NCBI GenBank assembly: GCA_043744315.1
Contig: JAYTUX010000320.1
Span: 662 to 64,661 of the forward strand
Direction of reading: 5' to 3'
From: Betaproteobacteria bacterium
Lineage (GTDB): Bacteria > Pseudomonadota > Gammaproteobacteria > Burkholderiales > Usitatibacteraceae
DNA: 64,000 nucleotides
Shown here: one piece after another, positions 10,655 through 18,188 of the stretch
Numbering within the stretch: the first letter of the stretch is position 1
Layout: every line of letters starts with the position of its first letter
Notes under the pieces: model-generated
Databases searched by the model: none
What the model saw: only the letters and a program-made list of their open reading frames with translations
What the model was told of the DNA's origin: nothing
Program-made: the position numbers and the translations under genes

Positions 10655-13519
10655 ATGAGCTTGAATCCACACCTAGAAACACCCAAGCCGCGTTTGCTGC
10701 TGGTCGATATTTCCAGTTATTTCTACCGTGCATTTCATGCCATGCCGGACTTTCGTTCGCCGACCGGCGAGCCAACCGGCGCGATCTTCGGCGTGGCCAA
10801 CATGCTCAACAAATTGCGCGAAGAATATCCCGCCGATTATAGCGCCTGCGTGTTCGATCCCCGTGGCAAAACCTTTCGCGATGACATCTTTCCGGAATAC
10901 AAAGCCAATCGCGAAAAGATGCCCGAGGACTTGGCGCATCAGATCGGCCACATTCGTGAAGTCGCCGAAGCGCTCGGTTGGCCGTGCATTGAGGTGGCCG
11001 GCATGGAAGCCGACGACGTCATCGGCACGCTCACTAAACATGCCGTCGCACGTGGTGTCGATACGATCATCTCTACTGGCGACAAGGATCTCGCACAATT
11101 GATCGAAGACGGCGTGCTTTGGTACAACACCATGTCGAATGAAAAACTGGGTGTGGCCGGTATTACCGAAAAATTCGGCGTGCCGCCAAACCGCATCGTT
11201 GACTACCTCGCTCTGATGGGGGACACCGTCGATAACGTGCCTGGTGTCGAAAAAGTTGGCCCAAAGACGGCGGCTAAATGGATTGCCGAGTACGGCTCGC
11301 TCGACGGTGTGATGGCCAGTGCAGCCAACATCAAAGGTGTCGTCGGAGAGAATTTGCGGAAGGCGCTCGACTGGCTGCCGACCGGTCGCGTGCTGGTGAC
11401 GGTGAAATGCGATGTGCCGCTGACATTTGATTTCGACACCATCGATCATAAAGAACGCGATATCGCGAAGCTCGACAAATTGTACGAGCACTTCGGATTC
11501 AAGGGAATGCGGGCGGCATTGCACAAAGGCGGTGACCGGTCACGGGTGACGGGTGACGGGACTGGAGAGAGTTCTGCCAGTGCGGTCTTTAAACAAGCCG
11601 ACAAAGACAGCGGAGCCGCACGCTGGTCTGCAGGTTCCCCTCTCCCCGACGCGGGAGAGGCTCATTTGCGAAACGTGGAAGGCGGGAGAGGGGGATCGTC
11701 ATTCATCGCGACGCGTAACTACGAAACCATATCCACCGAATCCCAACTGCACGCGTGGCTCGAAAAAATAAACTGCGCGGAACTTACCGCCCTCGACACC
11801 GAAACCACCAGCCTCGACCCGATGACCGCGCAAATCGTCGGGCTCTCGTTCGCCGTCACTGCCGGCGAGGGTGCTTATCTGCCGCTCCGACACATCTACC
11901 CCGGCGCGCCCGATCAACTCGATTTCGACAAATCGATCGCAACACTACGTCCGTGGCTGGAAAATGCCGACAAGAAAAAACTCGGCCAAAACATCAAATA
12001 CGATTTGCACGTTTTCGCCAATCACGGCATCAACGTGCAGGGCTATCAACACGACACGCTCCTGCAATCCTACGTGCTGGAAAGCCATCAACGCCACGAC
12101 ATGACGTCACTCGCCACGCGGCACTTGGGCGCGACGGATACCGTTTCGTTCGAAGATGTCGCCGGCAAAGGCGCTTCGCAGATCAGCTTTGATCAGGTTT
12201 CGATCGATACTGCGACGAACTATTCGTCGGAAGATTCAGACGTCACACTGCAATTGCATCACGCGTTGTTCCCGCAAGTGGCGGGTGACGAAAAACTGAA
12301 ATACGTTTACGAAAAAATTGAAATGCCCACCACGCATGTGCTGCTCACCATTGAGCGCAACGGCGTGCTGATTGATGGTGCGTTGCTGGAAAAACAGAGC
12401 AGCGAACTCGGCCAGAAAATGCTCGAACTGGAAGGCAAGGCGTTTGAGGAAGCCGGCCAGCCGTTCAATCTGAGTTCACCGAAACAACTCGGCGAAATTC
12501 TGTTCGACAAGAAAGGCATCAAGCCGCTGAAGAAAACCCCCGGCGGTGCGCCATCGACCGACGAGGAGACGCTGGCCAAATTGGCCGAAGATCATCCGCT
12601 GCCGAAAATCATTCTCGAATACCGCAGCGTCGCGAAACTGAAAAGTACCTACACCGACAAGTTGCCGAAAATGGTCAATGCCAAGACCGGCCGCGTGCAT
12701 ACCAATTACGGGCAGGCGATTGCTGTTACCGGGCGGCTGTCGTCGAATGACCCCAATCTTCAAAATATTCCCGTGCGCACGGCGGAAGGCCGGCGGATTC
12801 GCGAAGCCTTCATCGCGCCACCCGGCAGTGTGATTCTATCGGCCGATTATTCGCAGATCGAGCTTCGGATCATGGCGCACCTTTCGGGGGATCCCGGTTT
12901 GCTCGATGCGTTTGCAAAAGGCGAGGACGTGCATCGCGCCACCGCCGCCGAAGTGTTTGGCACCACGCGCGACGACGTCTCCAGTGAGCAACGCCGCTAC
13001 GCCAAAGTCATAAATTTCGGACTGATCTACGGCATGAGCGCCTTCGGCCTCGCCCGCAATCTCGGCATCGAAAACGCCGCCGCCGCGAGCTACATCGACC
13101 GGTATTTCGCGCGCTATCCCGGTGTGAAGGCCTACATGGACCGCACCCGCAACGAGGCGCGCGAACAGGGTTTTGTTGAAACCGTGTTCGGCCGCCGCCT
13201 GTGGCTACTCGATATCAAGAGCAGCAACCAAGGCCGCCGCCAAGGGGCCGAGCGCGCGGCGATCAACGCGCCCATGCAGGGCACCGCGGCCGACTTGATC
13301 AAGCTCGCGATGATTGCCGTGCAAGGCTGGCTGGAAACAGAAAAATTGGCGACGCGCATGATCATGCAGGTGCATGATGAATTGGTGCTGGAGGTGCCGG
13401 AATCAGAGTTGGCGCGCGTGAAGGCGAAGGTACCGGGGCTGATGACGAATGTGGCGAAGCTGGATGTGCCCCTGATGGCGGAGCCGGGGGTGGGAAGGAA
13501 TTGGGAGGAGGCGCATTGA
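10655..13519 (+). CDS. polA: DNA polymerase I
   Basis: 5'-nuclease LLLVDISSYFYRAFHA, 3'-5' exonuclease ALDTETTSLD, polymerase motifs DYSQIELRIMAH and QVHDELVLE. ATG at 10655 is preferred over the TTG at 10592. Confidence 0.92.
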   Translation: MSLNPHLETPKPRLLLVDISSYFYRAFHAMPDFRSPTGEPTGAIFGVANMLNKLREEYPADYSACVFDPRGKTFRDDIFPEYKANREKMPEDLAHQIGHIREVAEALGWPCIEVAGMEADDVIGTLTKHAVARGVDTIISTGDKDLAQLIEDGVLWYNTMSNEKLGVAGITEKFGVPPNRIVDYLALMGDTVDNVPGVEKVGPKTAAKWIAEYGSLDGVMASAANIKGVVGENLRKALDWLPTGRVLVTVKCDVPLTFDFDTIDHKERDIAKLDKLYEHFGFKGMRAALHKGGDRSRVTGDGTGESSASAVFKQADKDSGAARWSAGSPLPDAGEAHLRNVEGGRGGSSFIATRNYETISTESQLHAWLEKINCAELTALDTETTSLDPMTAQIVGLSFAVTAGEGAYLPLRHIYPGAPDQLDFDKSIATLRPWLENADKKKLGQNIKYDLHVFANHGINVQGYQHDTLLQSYVLESHQRHDMTSLATRHLGATDTVSFEDVAGKGASQISFDQVSIDTATNYSSEDSDVTLQLHHALFPQVAGDEKLKYVYEKIEMPTTHVLLTIERNGVLIDGALLEKQSSELGQKMLELEGKAFEEAGQPFNLSSPKQLGEILFDKKGIKPLKKTPGGAPSTDEETLAKLAEDHPLPKIILEYRSVAKLKSTYTDKLPKMVNAKTGRVHTNYGQAIAVTGRLSSNDPNLQNIPVRTAEGRRIREAFIAPPGSVILSADYSQIELRIMAHLSGDPGLLDAFAKGEDVHRATAAEVFGTTRDDVSSEQRRYAKVINFGLIYGMSAFGLARNLGIENAAAASYIDRYFARYPGVKAYMDRTRNEAREQGFVETVFGRRLWLLDIKSSNQGRRQGAERAAINAPMQGTAADLIKLAMIAVQGWLETEKLATRMIMQVHDELVLEVPESELARVKAKVPGLMTNVAKLDVPLMAEPGVGRNWEEAH
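11636..11695. repeat. REP-like GC-rich palindromic element embedded in-frame in the polA inter-domain linker
   Basis: tcccctctccccgacgcgggagagg...ggcgggagaggggga. An internal 8-bp hairpin pairs cctctccc with gggagagg. It is related to the intergenic element at 55711-55804. Confidence 0.5.
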
Positions 13520-13988
13520 AATATCTGCGCCTCCCCCAAATATCGAACCGACTTTAGGTTCGGAAATAGGCTAACGCAGCCGCTTGGCGGCAAGACTGCC
13601 AGACCAATGGAGACTTACCCGTTTTAGACGGATTTCGATTTTCCAACGCAACACTACCAACGATGTCGGCAAGTTGCTTCCCAAGGTCGCCATGTATGAG
13701 CGTTACCGGATTGAGACCTTTACCCCAAACGTATCGTCCGCCTTTTTTTTTCTAGCAGCGCACGGAACGCGCCAACGATTGGATGCACGAAGCTGCTTGG
13801 TACCGGAGTCAGGCTCGAATTTCTGGTGAAACAGCGAAAAACTCTCAAATCGATTAGGGACCCGGCTCATATTTCTCGCGAAATAGCGAAAAACCCTTGC
13901 GCCAGCAACCCTTTCGGACACTAATGCCGCCTAAAGCCGCGCCAGCATTAGACTTGGCTTTTTCCTTTGGACAACAATAATCGCCGCC

Positions 13989-14027
13989 AAAAAAACAAAG
14001 CGGCGAACCGAAGTCCGCCGCTTTGTT
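13989..14027 (-). terminator. rho-independent terminator of small TonB-box peptide gene 1
   Basis: aacaaagcggcg / cgccgctttgtt 12-bp stem. On the minus strand it is followed by a T7 run (A-run 13989-13995 on plus). Confidence 0.65.
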
Positions 14028-14103
14028 GATCATTTCAGCAACTAATGCTTACGCCGTCGCTGCAACTATTCCACCCAGGCTACCGACCGTGCAGGCAAAA
14101 ATA

Positions 14104-14340
14104 TTACGCGTGATTGCTTTTGCGCGACGCGGTGACGACGATGGTTTCCAGCATCGTGTCCGGTGCGCGTGAGGCTGTGACGACGATGGCATCCATTTTT
14201 TGCAACGCGATTTCTGCCGTGTGATTGGCTACTGCCGGGCGGCTGTTGAAGACGCCGCTGGCCAGTGCGAACAGCGTAATGACGACGAGGGTAATCGTTG
14301 CAATATTGTCTTTGTTGCTGCGGCTAAATTGGGTTCTCAT
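14104..14340 (-). CDS. small secreted/anchored peptide with two tandem TonB-box motifs (paralogue 1 of 3)
   Basis: 78 aa: MRTQFSRSNKDNIATITLVVITLFALASGVFNSRPAVANHTAEIALQKMDAIVVTASRAPDTMLETIVVTASRKSNHA. AGGAGA Shine-Dalgarno sequence upstream of the ATG, own promoter and terminator, two paralogues nearby. Confidence 0.65.
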   Translation of the reverse strand: MRTQFSRSNKDNIATITLVVITLFALASGVFNSRPAVANHTAEIALQKMDAIVVTASRAPDTMLETIVVTASRKSNHA

Positions 14341-14389
14341 GAATTTCTCCTAGGGGTCGGCGGTGGGGGTTGCGTTGTTTGATGACTGA

Positions 14390-14418
14390 ACTTTATCGAC
14401 GCCAGCGGTGAGCCTCAA
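14390..14418 (-). promoter_or_regulatory. sigma70-type promoter of paralogue 1 (-35 TTGAGG, 17-nt spacer, -10 TAAAGT)
   Basis: Minus strand GTTTGAGG-N17-TAAAGT. The same architecture and spacing is conserved at all three paralogues. Confidence 0.5.
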
Positions 14419-14657
14419 ACGGTATGCGACCAATTGCGCAAAACGGCGTGCGAAACGCTGTTATTGCGACTGTATTGAGTTGCCACATACGCGCAGCACT
14501 GCACGGAACAGGCGAAATGTCACGTTTTAGTAGTCCGCCGGGCTTGATTTCTAATACGAAATAATGCGCACGCGATGGCACGGAACGACAAGGATTGGCA
14601 TTGTTAAGAGGCATACAATGACCTGCCCGACCGGGTTTCTCTCAAAAGGAGTGAGAC

Positions 14658-15194
14658 ATGAACAAAATTGCGATTGCCGTCCTGCTGTCAGCCGGGGCGT
14701 TGGTGAGTCACGAGGCCTGTGCGGGCGGCCCGGCGGTCGTCGGCGCGGTGGAAGGTGCCGTGGTCGGTAGCCAATTCGGCGGCGCGCACGGCGCGGTGGC
14801 CGGTGCCATTATCGGAGCGATCATCGGCAGCTCAGTGGAGGAGCCGCAGGATCGACGCAGTCGCGGGCGCGTGGAACGCTACGCCGCACGCGTCGATTCA
14901 CGCTATGACGCCCGCTACGATGCCCGATACGAGCCTGCGCCGGTTTACCAGCAACCCTACTATGAGGTGCGCTATGAACCGCGCTACGAGCCGCAGTATG
15001 AGCCCCGTCGGGTGGTTTATATCAGCGCGCCGATATACGATTACCCTGTGTACGAACGCTATCCGGTCACGTACGCCAGTTATCCCGCGCCAAATTATGT
15101 TGTGCGCTACGCGGCGCCCCGGCACACACATTACGCACCTCGCCACGATCGCGGAAATCGCTACGAGCGCAACGACTATCGTTCCAGGTTTTGA
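14658..15194 (+). CDS. glycine-zipper (Rick_17kDa/YMGG-like) secreted protein with Arg/Tyr/Pro-rich repeat tail
   Basis: Signal peptide, then GAVEGAVVGSQFGGAHGAVAGAIIGAIIGS, then RYDARYDARYEP...VRYEPRYEPQYEP repeats. C-terminal Phe. Confidence 0.6.
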   Translation: MNKIAIAVLLSAGALVSHEACAGGPAVVGAVEGAVVGSQFGGAHGAVAGAIIGAIIGSSVEEPQDRRSRGRVERYAARVDSRYDARYDARYEPAPVYQQPYYEVRYEPRYEPQYEPRRVVYISAPIYDYPVYERYPVTYASYPAPNYVVRYAAPRHTHYAPRHDRGNRYERNDYRSRF

Positions 15195-16027
15195 GCGGAA
15201 TTTTGTCGAAACAGAGCGCCAATTGCCTTAACTGTTATGGCTTGCACCACGCGATCGCGAAGGGTTACGAACAGGAGCCCGCGTTGCAACATTCCCGGCA
15301 AGGCCTCCCGCAACGCTTCTGCGCTCTCTGATGCCGGTTTATTCACGTGCGCGAGGATGATGTCGCCCGGCTGCACGCTTTTCAATCGCGCAACGATTGC
15401 GCGGCGCGGCAACGTGCCACCCGCGTCGGCATTGACGGAAAATCCCGCGATGCGATAGCCCATCGCGTTGATCGCGCCAATCGCAGCCTGATCATAGAGC
15501 GCAGTGGCACCACGGTACCAGCGCGGCTTGGGTGCGCCGGTCGAGGCGATGGCATTGGCACCGCCGTCGATTTCGGCGCGCAGGTGTACGATATCGGGCT
15601 CGCCACGCAAACCGTAAACACGCTTGTCCGCGCCGATCACCGCCGGCACATGCGCGGCACCATGGTCTTCGATAGCGAACAGTTCCGGATGCGCAATCAG
15701 CATTCTCATGCCATTGGGATTCCGATCAATCCATTTACGCGTGGTGAAGATGGTGGCCGGGACGCGCAACTCGATCAGCGTATTGACGAGATCGATATCG
15801 AATTCACCCCCACAAGCGTCGAGTGTCAACGCCACCGCTTTTTCTCCCGCCTGAGTGACCAGCCGTTGATGAATTTCCACGGGTTGTTCCGCGCGAGCCC
15901 AGAGCGTGGCCGTGGCCGCATGGCCCCCCGCGGGAAGCGCGCCAAGTGCGATGCCAACCCACACCAACGCGCTGAGCGCGGGCGGGTAATTGGACGGCGA
16001 GCGGATGGTTTTGCATGTGTCTTTCAT
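15176..16027 (-). CDS. polysaccharide deacetylase (NodB homology) family protein, secreted
   Basis: Signal-like N-terminus. LTLDACGGEFDIDLVNTLIELRVPATIFTTRKWIDRNP and IEDHGAAH match the NodB-type Asp/His metal motifs. Confidence 0.65.
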   Translation of the reverse strand: MKDTCKTIRSPSNYPPALSALVWVGIALGALPAGGHAATATLWARAEQPVEIHQRLVTQAGEKAVALTLDACGGEFDIDLVNTLIELRVPATIFTTRKWIDRNPNGMRMLIAHPELFAIEDHGAAHVPAVIGADKRVYGLRGEPDIVHLRAEIDGGANAIASTGAPKPRWYRGATALYDQAAIGAINAMGYRIAGFSVNADAGGTLPRRAIVARLKSVQPGDIILAHVNKPASESAEALREALPGMLQRGLLFVTLRDRVVQAITVKAIGALFRQNSAQNLER

Positions 16028-16175
16028 ACCACCCTAACGCGGCAGGCCGTATTTAGTTGAGCCCCCTCATGCCTCGCGGGAAAAACAATATAAACACCAG
16101 CATCGGCGAGCATTTCCGGCCTTTATGCCTCCAAACGCCTCGCCAGTAGTGGTGTTTCGCGTTATCCCGACGGCA

Positions 16176-16976
16176 CTATCGCGCGGCCTTTGGTGGCAGC
16201 GCCTGCCCGAAACTATTCGCGCCCATCATTGGCGCGTTGACATCGGCGAAGGAGAGCATCGCACCATATTGCTGGTCGGCGGGCACATCAAAGCCGGTCT
16301 CGCCCTCCCACGTTTTCGGATTCTGAAAGCTGCCGAACAGCATGTCCCATAATGGGAAATCGCTGTAGTTGTCGCGATGCAATCCATGCTGATGGAGGAT
16401 GCAATGCGACTCCGGCCGTTGCAAAATGTAACCCAACCATTGCGGTGTGCGCACGTTCCAATGCTGAAAGAATGCATTAAAGGCGCCTAGATTGCCGATG
16501 ATCGCGGCCGAAAGCGGGTCGACCCCAAGGACGAACAACGCGAGCATCACCGGCAGAAAAATGTATACCGCCAGATCGGTGGGATGAATGACATTCGCTG
16601 CATAAAGGTTGAGGTGCCGCGTCGAATGATGCAGTTGATGAAAGCCGCGCCAAAGCGGCGTGAATTCGTGACAGGCGCGGTGCCAGGCAAAGGTTACGAA
16701 GGTGATGGCGAGATGCCCGAGGATGACACTCGACAATACGCCGAGCGATGAGAGATCCATCAGACGATGGCTCGCGATCCATTCTTCGGGCAACAACAAC
16801 GGTAGAAACGTATTCATCAGCGCCGCATAAATAAATGTCGTCAGGCCGATCCATTGCCAGTACGGCACCGCAGGGAATTTTCGCGCGGGCCACGCGCGTT
16901 CAATAACGACCATCACGATGAAGCTGATCGGCACCATCAAGACAATAATTTCTTCAGGTTTCACGGGCGCCTCCAT
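16176..16976 (-). CDS. fatty acid hydroxylase / sterol desaturase superfamily membrane enzyme
   Basis: Histidine boxes HRACHE, HQLHHS and HCILHQHGLH in a polytopic membrane protein. ATG at 16976 (MEAPVKPEE); the upstream extension of the track ORF is not protein-like. Confidence 0.75.
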   Translation of the reverse strand: MEAPVKPEEIIVLMVPISFIVMVVIERAWPARKFPAVPYWQWIGLTTFIYAALMNTFLPLLLPEEWIASHRLMDLSSLGVLSSVILGHLAITFVTFAWHRACHEFTPLWRGFHQLHHSTRHLNLYAANVIHPTDLAVYIFLPVMLALFVLGVDPLSAAIIGNLGAFNAFFQHWNVRTPQWLGYILQRPESHCILHQHGLHRDNYSDFPLWDMLFGSFQNPKTWEGETGFDVPADQQYGAMLSFADVNAPMMGANSFGQALPPKAAR

Positions 16977-17053
16977 TCGGGAATCAGGCACTACGCGAAT
17001 TATCGTGCATTGGATTACACATTTTTCCGAAGTGCGCAATCGACCGAAGCAGA

Positions 17054-17085
17054 ACAAAAAACGGCGAACCGAAGTTCGCCGTTTT
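17054..17085 (-). terminator. rho-independent terminator of small TonB-box peptide gene 2
   Basis: aaaacggcgaac cgaa gttcgccgtttt perfect stem with flanking T-run on the minus strand. The core acggcgaacc is shared with the terminators at 13989 and 18961. Confidence 0.7.
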
Positions 17086-17175
17086 GCTTGAATCATTGCG
17101 CGAGGGTTTGCCCCGCATTGGTGTTGCCTGCCTGCGTCTACCGCACCGGTCCCACCGACCTGGCAGAGTAGAAAA

Positions 17176-17424
17176 TCAGGCGAGATCAGTCTTGCGTGAA
17201 GCGGTGACGACGATGGTGTCGAGGATCGTATCGGGTGCGCGCGAGGCGGTAACGACAATCGGGAACATTTTTTGGGCGACGACTTCGGCGCTCACGTCGG
17301 TACTGTGATTCGCCGAGGCGGGGCGGCTGTTGAACGCGCCGCTCGCCAAGGCGAACAGGGTGATGCCGATAAGGGCGAGTGTGGCGAAATTGTCTTTGTT
17401 GCTACGGCTAAATTCGGTTTTCAT
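17176..17424 (-). CDS. small secreted/anchored peptide with two tandem TonB-box motifs (paralogue 2 of 3)
   Basis: 82 aa from ATG 17424: MKTEFSRSNKDNFATLALIGITLFALASGAFNSRPASANHSTDVSAEVVAQKMFPIVVTASRAPDTILDTIVVTASRKTDLA. AGGAG Shine-Dalgarno sequence. Confidence 0.65.
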   Translation of the reverse strand: MKTEFSRSNKDNFATLALIGITLFALASGAFNSRPASANHSTDVSAEVVAQKMFPIVVTASRAPDTILDTIVVTASRKTDLA

Positions 17425-17473
17425 ATTTGGCTCCTGAAGGTCGGTGGTGGGTGTTGCGTTGTTTGATGACGGG

Positions 17474-17502
17474 ACTTTATCGGCTCCCTCGATACTCCTC
17501 AA
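17474..17502 (-). promoter_or_regulatory. sigma70-type promoter of paralogue 2 (-35 TTGAGG, 17 nt, -10 TAAAGT)
   Basis: Same motif and spacing as at 14390-14418 and 19440-19468. Confidence 0.5.
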
Positions 17503-17613
17503 ACAGAATCCGACCAATTGCCAAAAAAGATGCGCGAAACGTAGATTTCGGGAGTGTTTTGGGTCACTCAGCGGCGGTCGCCACGACAGAAAAAGAACAA
17601 TATGGCGCGTTGG

Positions 17614-17976
17614 TTAGGTATTGAGCGCAATGTCGGCGAGGCATTCGAGCCCCTTTGGTGTGACCGAAAATTCACCGGCAGCCGCACCCGCGACAATATG
17701 ACCTTTCCTGCCCAGAAACGCGGCGACCGCCGCATCGAGTTTGAACGCGGGATCAGCCGCAAGTGATCGCAAGCCGACGACGCATTTGTTCAGCAATAGC
17801 GCCTCGGACCCTTTGCCGGTCAAGGCGTAGCTGCCATCTTTTCTGGCGACAAGAAATTTGATGCCGACCAGATGCTTGGCGTTTCTCGCGATGCAGGCGC
17901 CGGGCTTTGCGGATTTCGGCATTGTGCTGACGAGTTCCAGCGCGTCGATTTCGTCCCGGGTCAGTGAATGGCTCAT
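17614..17976 (-). CDS. hypothetical protein, 120 aa, possible tandem winged-helix-like repeats
   Basis: No recognisable family. Internal similarity between AKHLVGIKFLVARKDGSYALTGKGSEAL and AAFLGRKGHIVAGAAAGEFSVTPKGLECL. Confidence 0.4.
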   Translation of the reverse strand: MSHSLTRDEIDALELVSTMPKSAKPGACIARNAKHLVGIKFLVARKDGSYALTGKGSEALLLNKCVVGLRSLAADPAFKLDAAVAAFLGRKGHIVAGAAAGEFSVTPKGLECLADIALNT

Positions 17977-18188
17977 GGAAATTCCTCGGGAAAGTTTTAG
18001 TCGATGATTCGGAAAGGGATTGCTTGCCGTAATTCAAGCACGTGTGCCCAGCGTACGCAATTTCCCGGGGATTTGTGAATATTCGTCAAATTATTTGTCT
18101 CGCCGGGATATTCCGCCGTATATTCCCAACTCCGCCTGACCGGTGTTTGGCGTGCCGCGCTCCAATTCGTGGCCAATACAAAAAAAAC

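Noticed and set aside
14376-14396. Possible Fur box overlapping the -10 of the small-peptide promoters (GATAAAGTTCAGTCATCAA).
   Set aside because: It matches only about 9 of 19 positions of the GATAATGATAATCATTATC consensus by eye. The conserved positions are explained by the -10 element and the leader. Iron regulation remains testable but is not supported by the sequence.
16977-17258. N-terminal extensions of track ORFs. Examples: hydroxylase to 17258, permeases to 38041 and 38823, binding protein to 40271, receptor to 48365, edd to 52915, quinone oxidoreductase to 58810, prfC to 63672, SDR from 19930, rplR from 23896.
   Set aside because: The extensions are non-protein-like and overlap upstream genes, terminators or promoters. 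Internal ATGs with Shine-Dalgarno sequences or ATGA coupling give family-typical N-termini.
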